Of a stretch of 64,000 nucleotides of DNA, positions 27,382-37,396 are shown piece by piece; position 1 is the first letter of the stretch; each line of letters starts with the position of its first letter. Origin of the DNA: Pseudomonadota bacterium (GTDB taxonomy: Bacteria; UBA10199; 2-02-FULL-44-16; DYJF01); the NCBI GenBank assembly GCA_043823065.1, contig JBDRBB010000008.1, forward strand, positions 93,643 to 157,642, in the 5' to 3' direction. Under the pieces are notes generated by a model. The model did no database searches, was not told the origin of the DNA, and worked only from the letters and a program-made list of their open reading frames with translations. A program made the position numbers and the translations under genes.

Positions 27382-28382
27382 AAGGATTTTCCCATATAGT
27401 TTGCAAAATCCATCATGCGATAGCAAAAGCCCATTTCATTATCATACCAGCCAATGATTTTTACCATATTATCAATCACTTTTGTGGAAAGACCATCTAC
27501 GATAGAAGAATGAGTAGCGCCGTTAAAATCAACTGAAACTAGAGGTTCTTCGCAGAATTCCATAACGTTTTTTAAAGAACCATTAGCTTCTCTTTTTAAG
27601 GCTGCATTTACAGTTTCAACAGTAATTGGTTTTTTGCAAACTGCCACCAAATCAACGCAGGACACATTGGGCGTTGGAACGCGAATGGCCATGCCGTCTA
27701 ATTTGCCAGCTAATTCTGGAAGTACCAAGCCAACTGCTTTGGCTGCACCAGTTGTGGTTGGAATTTGAGATAGAGCAGCAGAACGGGCTCTTCTTAAATC
27801 TTTGTGTGGAGCATCCAAAATACATTGGTCATTAGTATAAGCGTGAATAGTGGTCATTAAACCGCGTTCAATAGTAAAGTTTTCATGTACTACTTTGGCA
27901 ATTGGAGCCAAACAGTTTGTAGTACAAGAAGCATTGGAAACCACATGATGCTTATCTGGTTGATAAGTTTCATGATTAACGCCAAACACAAAAGTTGCTG
28001 TATCTTTTTCCTTGGCTGGAGCAGAAATAATAACTTTTTTGGCGCCAGCAGTGAGGTGCTTGGAAGCATCAGCAGTTTTGACAAATTTGCCAGTGCATTC
28101 CAAAACAATATCTACGCCTAAATCTTTCCAAGGAAGTTTTTCAGGCTCTTTTTCACAAAAAGTTTTCATCTTGTTTTTGTTAACAGTTAAGGTTCCTTCA
28201 GTGGCAGTTACTGTGCCTTTAAAACGACCATGAGTGGAATCATATTTGAAAAGATGGGCCATAACATTGGTGGGAATGAGATCATTTACTGCTACAAATT
28301 CAAAATTTGGGTTGTCAGCTGCAACTCTTAAAGCCAGTCTACCAATTCTGCCAAAACCATTGATCGCTACTTTTAATGCCAT
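27378..28382 (-). CDS. gap: Glyceraldehyde-3-phosphate dehydrogenase
   Basis: NGFGRIGR NAD-binding motif. Catalytic ASCTTNCLAP. Confidence 0.95.
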   Translation of the reverse strand: MALKVAINGFGRIGRLALRVAADNPNFEFVAVNDLIPTNVMAHLFKYDSTHGRFKGTVTATEGTLTVNKNKMKTFCEKEPEKLPWKDLGVDIVLECTGKFVKTADASKHLTAGAKKVIISAPAKEKDTATFVFGVNHETYQPDKHHVVSNASCTTNCLAPIAKVVHENFTIERGLMTTIHAYTNDQCILDAPHKDLRRARSAALSQIPTTTGAAKAVGLVLPELAGKLDGMAIRVPTPNVSCVDLVAVCKKPITVETVNAALKREANGSLKNVMEFCEEPLVSVDFNGATHSSIVDGLSTKVIDNMVKIIGWYDNEMGFCYRMMDFANYMGKSL

Positions 28383-28463
28383 AAATTCCTCCTGTTATTT
28401 TAAGTTTTTTATTATCTTGATTTCAAAGTTGCGGGAGTATACATCCTAGCACCTTAGAGTCAA

Positions 28464-30920
28464 GTGTTCTTAAAAATTACTATGTTACTGCCAAAAATCG
28501 TAAAATTTGTAGTGCAAAAAGTGGTTCGTTACTATCTGGTGGTTTTATTATTAGCAGGTCTATTAACTGCTGTGTGTTTTCCGCGTGCCTCTAAATTTTT
28601 TGCTAATATTAATACTGACTTAACCAAGTTAATACCCGAACACTACAAAAGCGTTGAGTCGATAACTGAAATTCGGGAAAAGTTCAAGTCAATTAAGACA
28701 GCTATTTTAGTGGTAGAAGATGAGAATCCCCAGGTTGCCCAAGACCTAATGGCCAATCTGGCGACTTTTTTGGAAAAAGATCCCATAATCGATGAGGTAG
28801 AATATAAAAAGCGTGGCTACCAGTTTTTTGAAGATCATGTGCTTTTGTTCTTAGAATTAGAGGACTTAGAAACTATTCGGGATAGAATAGACCGCCGTAT
28901 TCAGCAGGAAAAGCTGGGCAGTTTGTATATAGATTTCGAGGATAATGGTGAAGATGAAGAGTTTAAGTTTGGAGACATAGAAAGTAAGTATAAGAGCAAA
29001 TATAGCTCAGGCTCCACAAGCCCCTATTATGCCAATGATCAGGAAACTGTGTATGCCATGTATATTTATCCGCTAAAGGATCCTGAGGAGATTACAGATA
29101 GCAAGAAATTCTATGAAAATTTACAGCAAAAGGTTGCCCAGTTTTTTAAGGAAAATAAATATCCAAGTTCAAAAATCTATTTTACAGGAACAATTCGCAC
29201 CCATGTTGATGAGTATGACACGCTTATTCATGATTTGAAAAAAGCAGGTTTAATTTCAGGGTTGGGCATTTTTTTGATTCTTTCCCTGTATTTTAGACGA
29301 GTCATAACTGTGGGGTTATTGTTTTTGCCAATTTCCATGGCAATTTTGATTACTTTTGCTTTTAGTTCTTTGTTTATTGAAAATCTTAATTTAGTTACTT
29401 CGTTTTTGTTTGCCATTCTGGGAGGTTTGGGTGTTGAAATTGGCATTCATTTTTTGTCGCGCTATATAGAAGAGCGACGAATTGGCAAAGATATCAACCA
29501 GGCGCTATTTGCTGTTTTGTATCATACTGGCGGTTCTGCCTTAACTTCAGCAGTTTCAGTGGCAGCTACGTTTTTAATTTTAATGGTCAATGATTTTAAG
29601 GGATTTTCCGAATTTGGCTTTATTGCTGGTTTTGGTTTAATTATGAATTATCTTTGTTATGTTTTGGTGTTTCCTTCATTGCTGGTATTGGCAGAAAAAC
29701 TGCATTTATTAAGATTTAAGCGAAGTATTGGTTTGGAGTTTGATCAAACTCAGATTACTTCTCAGTATATATTAGAACATCCCAAGCGTTTTCCAGTGCC
29801 TAAATTTGTTTTGGTTTGTTTAAGTGTTTTTGCCATTATTTCCATTATTGATTTACCCAGCCTGGAATTTGAATGGCGGTTTTCCAAAATCAAATCCAAT
29901 ATTCCAGCATCTTTGGAGGCAAGAGAAAAACAACGTTTAACCAGTAAAAGTGTTAATTCGCCAGCTATCGTAATTTTAAAAAATAAGGAACAAGCTCAGG
30001 CAATTAAGCAAGCTGTAAAAAAATTGCAAGAAAATCCTGGTTCTTCGGTTAATGACTTCAAGTCGTATTATGATTTAATGCCTGATGATCAAATGGCTAA
30101 GCTGGAAGTTATTGGGCAGATGCACAAGCTTTTGGAAGACGATACCTTAAAATTGGTTAAGGGCGAGCACAAAGAAGATATTGAAAGGTTTAAAGATGTG
30201 TTGGCCAAGATGAACCCTATTAATGAAGAAGATATTCCGCCCAAGATTAAAGAAATTTTTCAGGGCAATGTAAAAGGAGATACAGCTCAAATTGGTTATA
30301 TTAATCCCTTGCCGCTTTTGGAAATGGATGATGGCCGCAATGCTATTCGCTTTGCTAAGGAAATTCAACAAATAGAAACACCGCAAGGAACTTTTTATCC
30401 TTCTAATAATGCCATTGTTTTTGCAGATGTGCTGCGCACCATGATGAAAGATTCAAAAAGGGTAATTATCATGGCCTTTGGCATTGTGTTTTTGATTGTG
30501 TTATTAGATTTTCGTAGTGTTAAAGCCACCTGCTTAGTGCTTTCGCCAATTGTTTTAGGTGTGCTTTTCTTAAGCGGTTTTATGTACATCTTAAAACTCA
30601 AACTCAATTTCTATAATATGATTGCAGCACCCATTGTGGTTGGAACCAGCATAGATAATTCTGTGCATTTGTATCATCGGTATAAAGAAATGGGTAAGGG
30701 TTCTTTGATTTATGCCCTGCGTTCTACAGGTGGAGCAGCTTTTATGAGTTCCATGACCAATATTTGCGGGTTTTTAGGTTTGGTGTTTGCTTTTCATAAT
30801 GGTTTGCAATCTATTGGTGATTTGGCAGTGACTGGAATGGTAGCGTGCCTGATAACCACTTTGGTTTTCTTCCCGGCGTTGTTGCAGGTTATAGAGGATA
30901 GAAAGGTAAAGAAGATATGA
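28464..30920 (+). CDS. MMPL/RND-superfamily exporter (COG1033 type)
   Basis: Two 6-TM bundles, each preceded by a large extracytoplasmic domain. 818 aa. Confidence 0.7.
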   Translation: MFLKITMLLPKIVKFVVQKVVRYYLVVLLLAGLLTAVCFPRASKFFANINTDLTKLIPEHYKSVESITEIREKFKSIKTAILVVEDENPQVAQDLMANLATFLEKDPIIDEVEYKKRGYQFFEDHVLLFLELEDLETIRDRIDRRIQQEKLGSLYIDFEDNGEDEEFKFGDIESKYKSKYSSGSTSPYYANDQETVYAMYIYPLKDPEEITDSKKFYENLQQKVAQFFKENKYPSSKIYFTGTIRTHVDEYDTLIHDLKKAGLISGLGIFLILSLYFRRVITVGLLFLPISMAILITFAFSSLFIENLNLVTSFLFAILGGLGVEIGIHFLSRYIEERRIGKDINQALFAVLYHTGGSALTSAVSVAATFLILMVNDFKGFSEFGFIAGFGLIMNYLCYVLVFPSLLVLAEKLHLLRFKRSIGLEFDQTQITSQYILEHPKRFPVPKFVLVCLSVFAIISIIDLPSLEFEWRFSKIKSNIPASLEAREKQRLTSKSVNSPAIVILKNKEQAQAIKQAVKKLQENPGSSVNDFKSYYDLMPDDQMAKLEVIGQMHKLLEDDTLKLVKGEHKEDIERFKDVLAKMNPINEEDIPPKIKEIFQGNVKGDTAQIGYINPLPLLEMDDGRNAIRFAKEIQQIETPQGTFYPSNNAIVFADVLRTMMKDSKRVIIMAFGIVFLIVLLDFRSVKATCLVLSPIVLGVLFLSGFMYILKLKLNFYNMIAAPIVVGTSIDNSVHLYHRYKEMGKGSLIYALRSTGGAAFMSSMTNICGFLGLVFAFHNGLQSIGDLAVTGMVACLITTLVFFPALLQVIEDRKVKKI

Positions 30921-30924
30921 AATT

Positions 30925-31058
30925 CTAATATCTAATATCTAAATCCTAAACAAATTCTAATATTCAAAATTCAAATATTCGAAACAAAGTGTTTTGGATT
31001 TTGGTCATTATGATTTAGATATTGTTTAGAGTTTAGAAATTAGGGTTTAGGGTTTGCA
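30925..31058. repeat. AT-rich imperfect inverted repeat of degenerate heptamers (CTAAAYC-like arm versus GTTTAGR/GGGTTTA arm) in the mnmE leader
   Basis: Exact 11-bp inverted pair atatctaaatc (30935-30945) and gatttagatat (31012-31022), plus flanking degenerate heptamer repeats. Confidence 0.35.
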
Positions 31059-31064
31059 TTAATT

Positions 31065-32435
31065 ATGAATAACAAAGACACAATTTGCGCTATCGTAACT
31101 CCTCCTGGCACAGGCGGTGTAGGCATAGTACGTATTAGCGGTGGGAAGGCTCAAGAAGTTTTGCAAAAAATTTGGCAAGGAAAAGTCAAAGTTGCTAACT
31201 TTGAATCCCACAAAATGCATTTAGGTCATATCCAGGATCCACAATCCAAAAACCCGGTGGATAATGTTTTAGTAGTAATCATGCGTGCCCCGCATTCTTA
31301 TACAGGAGAAGATGTAGTGGAAATCTCTGGCCATGGCGGGCAGATGCTTTTGGGCAGGATCTTGGCTAGCTGTCAAAAAGCAGGAGCACGTTTAGCCCAG
31401 CCCGGCGAGTTTACCAGACGGGCGTTTTTAAATGGCAAAATGGATCTGGCTCAAGCTGAAGCAGTTGCAGATTTGATTGCTGCTAATAATGAATCTGCCG
31501 CGCGTTTGGCGTTAAATCAATTAGAAGGAAAATTATCTGAAACAATTTCAAGCTTGCAAGAAGGGCTAACTAATTTGCGAGCCTTTGTAGAAGCAGCCAT
31601 AGATTTTCCAGAAGAAGATATTGAGTTTATCAAAAAAGAAGGTGTGGCAGAAAAGTTAAAAGTTATAGCAAGTAAGCTGCAAACATTGATTAGCACTTAT
31701 GCAGACGGCCGTCTTTTGAAAGACGGAGTAAAAGTGGCGATCATTGGCAAACCAAATGTAGGTAAATCAAGTTTGTTTAATAAGTTGGTTGGTAGTGCGC
31801 GAGCAATTGTGCACTACAGCCCAGGCACAACTCGTGATTTAGTTTCAGAAACCATTCAGTTGGAAGGGGTTGCTTTTCATCTAATTGATGCAGCAGGAAT
31901 TAGAGATGAGGGACATGAAGTAGAGATGATTGGCATTGAGCTGGCTCGCGAACAAGTTAAAAAAGCAGATCTAATCATCAGGGTGGTTGATGAGCCCAAA
32001 GTTGAGGAATTAAAAGGACTTGATCTGCAAAAGACAATTTTGTGTTTAAATAAAATTGATCTATTAACTTCGGAGCAAAAAACTTCTTATTTAAAAAACT
32101 TGGGTACGGATTGGTATGCAGTGGTTTCAGTTTCAGCTTTAGAGGGAAAAGGTTTATCAGATCTGCAAAAAGCTTTGTCTTTATTTGCGGTTTCAGGGAA
32201 GAACAAAGGTAGCCAAGAAGGCGTGGTCATTACTTCTGCCAGGCATAAGCAAGCTTTAAAAGAAGCTGTTGTTAATATTAGCGAGGCCATCAAGGCAGTA
32301 AAGGAAAACAGTTCAGCAGAATTCATTGCTGAACATCTCACCCAAGCCAGTGGGGCTCTGGGCCAAATCATTGGCCAAGTTAGCACTGATGACATCTTAA
32401 ACCAAATCTTCTCCAAATTTTGCATAGGGAAATAA
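31065..32435 (+). CDS. mnmE: tRNA modification GTPase MnmE
   Basis: G1 motif GKPNVGKSSLFN. C-terminal CIGK motif. Confidence 0.92.
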   Translation: MNNKDTICAIVTPPGTGGVGIVRISGGKAQEVLQKIWQGKVKVANFESHKMHLGHIQDPQSKNPVDNVLVVIMRAPHSYTGEDVVEISGHGGQMLLGRILASCQKAGARLAQPGEFTRRAFLNGKMDLAQAEAVADLIAANNESAARLALNQLEGKLSETISSLQEGLTNLRAFVEAAIDFPEEDIEFIKKEGVAEKLKVIASKLQTLISTYADGRLLKDGVKVAIIGKPNVGKSSLFNKLVGSARAIVHYSPGTTRDLVSETIQLEGVAFHLIDAAGIRDEGHEVEMIGIELAREQVKKADLIIRVVDEPKVEELKGLDLQKTILCLNKIDLLTSEQKTSYLKNLGTDWYAVVSVSALEGKGLSDLQKALSLFAVSGKNKGSQEGVVITSARHKQALKEAVVNISEAIKAVKENSSAEFIAEHLTQASGALGQIIGQVSTDDILNQIFSKFCIGK

Positions 32436-32439
32436 ACCC

Positions 32440-33521
32440 TTGTTATTCCCGCGGAAAAACCAGACGGACCAAAATTGGACAGTTGGTGCATCAAAACGCT
32501 ACACCTGTTAGCAACTGAGTCGGTGCAAAAGCCCTATTTTACGCACTTTTTATTTTGGCACGAGGTTTGCTTTATATTTTAGCATGCCCTACTTACCTAG
32601 ATACTTTATTATCTGCGATGACTCCTACTTCCATGTGACTTGGCAATGCCACAACCAAGATTGGCTTCTAAAATGGGATTGGGCCAAGGAAATCTATTAT
32701 AATCTCCTGCGTAAATATAAAGATAAGTATGGAGTAGAAATCTATGCTTATAACTTTATGGATAATCACCCGCACCTTGCTGGTCACTTAAGATCTAAAG
32801 ATGAATTTTCTGCCTTTTTTCGCCTAGTTAATGGTTTATTTGCCAAAGCTGTTAACAAACGCCTTAACAGAAAAGGTCAGGTCATTATGGATAGATTCAA
32901 ATCTCCTAGAATTGAATCTGATAATCATTTGATAAATGTCATGACTTATATTGATCTAAATCAGCAACGAGTAGGCAAAGTAGATCATCCAAAGCAAAAT
33001 ACATGGTCATCTTATAGGTACTATGCATATGGCCAAAAAGATTCTCTGATTACCCCTTCACCTTCATATTTACTATTAGGAAGAACACCAACAGAGAGGC
33101 AAAATGAATATAGGAGATTAGTTGAGGGATTAATTGGAAATGACAAAGAAATAAATATATCTAAAACCTATTTCATAGGAAACCCAGATTGGGTAATTGC
33201 CAGATACAAAGAGTATAGAATTTTGTGGAAGACTGTCTATATCAAGCAAGGCCTATCCAATGCTAATTCTCCGCCAGGATAGCAAAAAAAGCAAGCAAGC
33301 GTGCAGTTTAATTTGAGAAATTAAGGATTTGATTGTAGAGCTGTATCCAAATTTAGCCAAATTCAAAAAAAATACCAAAATACAAATCGACAAGCGAAAA
33401 TTTAGTTTTGCAAGAGAGGTTTGCAAGTTTCAGATATTTGTAAATTGCCAATCAAATACAAAGTTGAGCAACTTTTATTCAAAAACTAATCAATAAGTAA
33501 AAATTGGTCCGTCTGAGTTTC
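32440..33521 (+). mobile_element. IS200-like / RAYT-like element: HuH transposase gene flanked by 12-bp inverted repeats, with a REP half-site at the left end
   Basis: Left end has TGTTATTCCCGCGG, a REP-like half hairpin. Inverted repeats are cagacggaccaa (32461-32472) and ttggtccgtctg (33505-33516). Confidence 0.4.
32584..33282 (+). CDS. HuH Y1 transposase-like protein (IS200/Transposase_17 fold; REP-associated tyrosine transposase-like)
   Basis: HuH motif MDNHPHLAGHL. YIDLNQQRV (similar to the YIxxNPV motif) and a Tyr-rich region SSYRYYAY. 232 aa. Confidence 0.55.
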   Translation: MPYLPRYFIICDDSYFHVTWQCHNQDWLLKWDWAKEIYYNLLRKYKDKYGVEIYAYNFMDNHPHLAGHLRSKDEFSAFFRLVNGLFAKAVNKRLNRKGQVIMDRFKSPRIESDNHLINVMTYIDLNQQRVGKVDHPKQNTWSSYRYYAYGQKDSLITPSPSYLLLGRTPTERQNEYRRLVEGLIGNDKEINISKTYFIGNPDWVIARYKEYRILWKTVYIKQGLSNANSPPG

Positions 33522-33648
33522 GAGAGCTTCCAAAATTTTTGACGCATGAAGAAATTTTGGATTTAACGAAGCAATGCTCGTCCGTCCAGCTAATTAAAGG
33601 ACAGAATTCCAGGGGCATGATACTTAATAGGCTATCTGATGATTTTAT

Positions 33649-34140
33649 TTATGACTTCATGTTTACGTACTGAAGCGGGATTTTATAGTCTTTGGAATTC
33701 AGGGTTTGAATAACCTTCTGAAGATCATCTATTTTTTTGCCAGTAACGCGTACCTGTTCATCCTGAATTGCAGCCTGAACCTTTAGGTTTAAATCTTTGA
33801 TTGTTTTCACAAGCTCGCGGGCAATATCCTTGGATATTCCCTCATTGATTTTAATGGTTCTTTTTAGCAGCCCTTGCGAGGTTGGTTCGATTTTTTTGAA
33901 TTCCAGGCACCTTGGATCTACTTTTCTTCTTACGCAATTCGCGCGAATCATTTCTTCAAGTAACTTCATCTTCATCTCGTCAGAGGTGGTAATCTGCAGA
34001 GACTTCTCTTTTTTATCCAGATTTATAGATGTTTTCGAATTCTTAAAATCATATCTGGTTGTTACTTCGCGAGATGTATTATTAACCACGTTGTCCATTT
34101 CAGCTAGATCAACTTTATTTACAATATCAAATGACGGCAT
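33649..34140 (-). CDS. yajQ: YajQ-family nucleotide (c-di-GMP)-binding protein, UPF0234
   Basis: N-terminus MPSFDIVNKVDLAEMDNVVNNTSREVTTRYDFKNS matches the YajQ pattern. 163 aa. Confidence 0.85.
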   Translation of the reverse strand: MPSFDIVNKVDLAEMDNVVNNTSREVTTRYDFKNSKTSINLDKKEKSLQITTSDEMKMKLLEEMIRANCVRRKVDPRCLEFKKIEPTSQGLLKRTIKINEGISKDIARELVKTIKDLNLKVQAAIQDEQVRVTGKKIDDLQKVIQTLNSKDYKIPLQYVNMKS

Positions 34141-34295
34141 ATTAGCTCCTTTTTTGTTAAACCTTTTATCAAACCTTGTCTTAACTAACTCATCTATGCC
34201 TTTTTTGGCCAGAAAAAAACGATTTTAGGATATTAAGCAAATTGACAAATATTTCAGTTTATAGGCGTATTTCTGTGGATTGAAGGGAGGGGTCT

Positions 34296-34772
34296 ATGCC
34301 ATTTGTTCAGGTATACCAAGGCTTGCGGTCTAATGGAGTAACTGCTGCTGAGATGAACCAACTTACCCAGGCTGTGGCAGAAGCAGAAGGAATTATCAGA
34401 AATGAAAATGGAGAAGTGATTAACGCTACTGCAGATACTTTAGATCTGTTTATGGCCATAAACAGAGATATAAGATCTTTTGCTTATAACCGTCCAGAAT
34501 TTGAAGAACAAGCCCTTGGTAATTTTCAAAATTTTTTTTCAGGGGTAGATCAATTTCTACAACATAGATGCCAGGCCATTGGCAGCCAGCATTGGCAGCA
34601 TGCGGCTGGTTTAACCTTTGCTGGCGGAATTAGTGTTAGCATAGGAGCCGTTCTGCTCTTGCCTGGCTGGCTAAAGTTAATAGCTATAATTCCTGGAGTA
34701 GTTACTATTGGCGCGGGTCTGTATCATCAGCATGTGCATTATAATATTTTGCCAGAATATTGCCGGTATTGA
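34296..34772 (+). CDS. Hypothetical protein with a C-terminal TM hairpin
   Basis: ORF with a plausible start. No recognised motifs. Confidence 0.35.
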   Translation: MPFVQVYQGLRSNGVTAAEMNQLTQAVAEAEGIIRNENGEVINATADTLDLFMAINRDIRSFAYNRPEFEEQALGNFQNFFSGVDQFLQHRCQAIGSQHWQHAAGLTFAGGISVSIGAVLLLPGWLKLIAIIPGVVTIGAGLYHQHVHYNILPEYCRY

Positions 34773-34773
34773 T

Positions 34774-37287
34774 TTAAAAATATAAAATCAATTCCAATAT
34801 TTCATTATCAGCAACTTTGATGTTGATCCATTTTTTGAGCAGCACGCTTGCTTCAGGATCAACATAGCCAGCTTCCAAATAATAATCTCCTGGTTCTATT
34901 TCATAAATTTGCCAATCATCACCGGTTTCGCCAAGGATAAGCTCACGATCAGAACCATATTCAAATACCTTAAATTTACAATTAATAATGATATTATTTG
35001 AACCTCGACCAATGATTTTGAGCTTGCCAGTGGTAAAAATGCTTTCTTGGCTAATCAATTTGCCGTTTTTTATTTCAATGTCTTTTAACCAATTGGTGGT
35101 TTCAATCTTATCTTTGGTTTCTGCATTTATTGCCTTGGCGTTATAAAACCCTTGAGGAAGTTCAAATACCACCCAATCGCTTGATGCGTTTGCTGTGCCA
35201 AAGGGTTCATCCAGGCCTGCCCGATAAATCATAAATTCTGTTTCAATTGGTTGTTCTTTGGAATTAATGCCGCGCACACGCAAAGTGCCATAACTAAACT
35301 GAGCTACCTTTTCCACCGGTTTGGTGGCATCAATGCGCACATTGGGAATTAATGTTGTTGGTTTGGGCGTAGTTAAAATATTTTTTGAAGCCAGGATTTC
35401 GTATGTGTCTGGTGGAACAGGTACTGTAATGGTTTTGTCTGTTGCCACAAATTTTACTTTAGCAATAGATTCGGCTTTGGGCATCAGGCGAATATCAAAC
35501 TCAGCATCAGTTAATTTGCCTTCTGTATCTACGGCAGACAAGGTTAACAACCCCATTTCAAATGAAGCTAAGACTTCTGTGATTTCTGAAGCTTTCACAG
35601 ATACAGCATTGGCTTTGGAGCGCGGACTAATAATCATTTGAGGATCCTGACCAATAAAGACAATATCGTAATTTCCAGGAGCTACATTAACGGTGCCGCC
35701 GGATTTGGTTAAGGCGCCGCTAACATAAATCTGGTCTGGTTTTTCTGTTTTATAGATTTGATAGATAAACGGTATTTCTGTTTTTTGGGAAGTGATTCCT
35801 TCTAGTTTTAAAGTGCCTTCTTGAAATAAATATTTAACCAAGGTGCTTTCGCCTGTTTTAATGTCCACTCCAGATTCGGTTAAACGAATTCTTTCTGGAA
35901 TTGCCCCTTCTTGTTCAGAAGTGATGTCATATTGTCCTGGAGGTAAATAAATTTGTTGGGGGTGATCAGTTATTCTGGCTTCAGCAATAATTTCTGGTTG
36001 GCCTTTTTTGCGAATTTCAAAACGGGCCGGGCTGGGGTTGCCTGTAGCATCTATGGCAGCCAAGGTTATAGCGCCTAAGTCAAAATTTATTTTTTGTTCA
36101 ACTTTAGTTTTTTCTAAAATTTCTACACCTTTAATGATTTTAGATGGTTTTTTAAATTCAGGTGAAGCTGTGTATTCCACCATAATATCGTAAGTTCCAG
36201 GAGCCAAGCTTAACAGCTTGGTGCCAAAGCTGGTTTCAGTTTTAACCACTTCATTGGTCTGGCTCTTGTAAACAGTTAGGGTAACAGGAATGGGTGTGGC
36301 GCCAATAACTGTATTTAAGCGCAAATTATAAGGCAGCTTAGAGCTTACTGCTTCATCCAAAGATTTTCTGAGTTCTTCCTCATTGCGAGCTAAATAGAAT
36401 TTGCCATCAGAATTTTTGGCAATGCAGCTGAGTTTTTCTTGATCTGCGCTACTAATATCAAATCCAATCACTTGAATTGAAGTTCTAGGGTTTTGGGTGT
36501 GAATGGTTTGAGCTATCTGGCAAGGATCAGCTTGGCAAGTGTCAGAGCCATCAGTTATTAGCACAATGATTTGGTCAACGTCAGTCATAGCAGGAAAATC
36601 ATTGCTAGCAGCTTCTAGGCTCGCAGCTATTGGGCTTTCCCCCTGAGCGGTCAAAGGCAGAACAACTTCTTTGATTTTATCTAAATTTGGCTGGCTCACT
36701 GGATATAGTTGTCGCATATCTGCACAATCGCGATCATTTAATGATGTTTGCGAGCCAAAGGTTCTAATGCCTACATTACGCGGAAACTCAGTATCTTTTA
36801 AGGATAACATTACTTCAAACAAGGCCTTTTTTTGCAGGTCCAGTTTACTCTGAGTTGTGATGCCATAAATTGCACTTTGGCTGCCAGATGCATCTAAAAT
36901 AATATTGATGTTGGTTTTGGCATCCACCAGCTTAGGTGCAAAAGGCACTTCAGGGAATTGTTTTTTGCCAACTTCTTCAATAACCGGGGTGGGTATGTCA
37001 GCAGCGCCCAGGTTGGCTAGGGTTTCTGGCTCGGTTGGCGCTGCTTTTTGCTCCGTCTGAGTAGGTTCTGTTTGCTCCGTCTGAGTAGGTTCTACAGGTT
37101 CAGGAGCTGGTTCTATGGTCTTGGGACCTGGTAGCTCAATCTTCTTGCTTTGAGTTGTGCCAGATTGGGCAGGTTTTTGTTTTTCTTTGTTTTTACAGCT
37201 TGTTAAGCTACCCAGACTAAAACAAATAGCTAGGCAGATTACAAAAATAAGATAGTTTAATTTTCGCATAATTTGAATATTTACCAT
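34774..37287 (-). CDS. Large secreted lipoprotein with a von Willebrand factor A domain and repeated beta-sandwich domains
   Basis: Lipobox LTSCKNK. Pro/Thr/Glu linker with a tandem 24-nt repeat (TEPTQTEQ x2). VWA MIDAS-like motifs (ILDASGS, LITDGSDTC). Confidence 0.7.
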   Translation of the reverse strand: MVNIQIMRKLNYLIFVICLAICFSLGSLTSCKNKEKQKPAQSGTTQSKKIELPGPKTIEPAPEPVEPTQTEQTEPTQTEQKAAPTEPETLANLGAADIPTPVIEEVGKKQFPEVPFAPKLVDAKTNINIILDASGSQSAIYGITTQSKLDLQKKALFEVMLSLKDTEFPRNVGIRTFGSQTSLNDRDCADMRQLYPVSQPNLDKIKEVVLPLTAQGESPIAASLEAASNDFPAMTDVDQIIVLITDGSDTCQADPCQIAQTIHTQNPRTSIQVIGFDISSADQEKLSCIAKNSDGKFYLARNEEELRKSLDEAVSSKLPYNLRLNTVIGATPIPVTLTVYKSQTNEVVKTETSFGTKLLSLAPGTYDIMVEYTASPEFKKPSKIIKGVEILEKTKVEQKINFDLGAITLAAIDATGNPSPARFEIRKKGQPEIIAEARITDHPQQIYLPPGQYDITSEQEGAIPERIRLTESGVDIKTGESTLVKYLFQEGTLKLEGITSQKTEIPFIYQIYKTEKPDQIYVSGALTKSGGTVNVAPGNYDIVFIGQDPQMIISPRSKANAVSVKASEITEVLASFEMGLLTLSAVDTEGKLTDAEFDIRLMPKAESIAKVKFVATDKTITVPVPPDTYEILASKNILTTPKPTTLIPNVRIDATKPVEKVAQFSYGTLRVRGINSKEQPIETEFMIYRAGLDEPFGTANASSDWVVFELPQGFYNAKAINAETKDKIETTNWLKDIEIKNGKLISQESIFTTGKLKIIGRGSNNIIINCKFKVFEYGSDRELILGETGDDWQIYEIEPGDYYLEAGYVDPEASVLLKKWINIKVADNEILELILYF

Positions 37288-37396
37288 AAGTTAAAAAATT
37301 TGAAAATGAGTAAAAGCAAAAGAAAAACTGCTTTCATTTTGAGAAAAAAAAAGGTATTGTTCAGCTAATATCGTCAAAAATCCTATAAAAACCTTT

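Noticed and set aside
31030-31050. (TTTAGGG)2 plant-telomere-like repeat
   Set aside because: It is only two units long, inside an AT-rich heptamer-repeat leader on a bacterial chromosome. It is a coincidental match.
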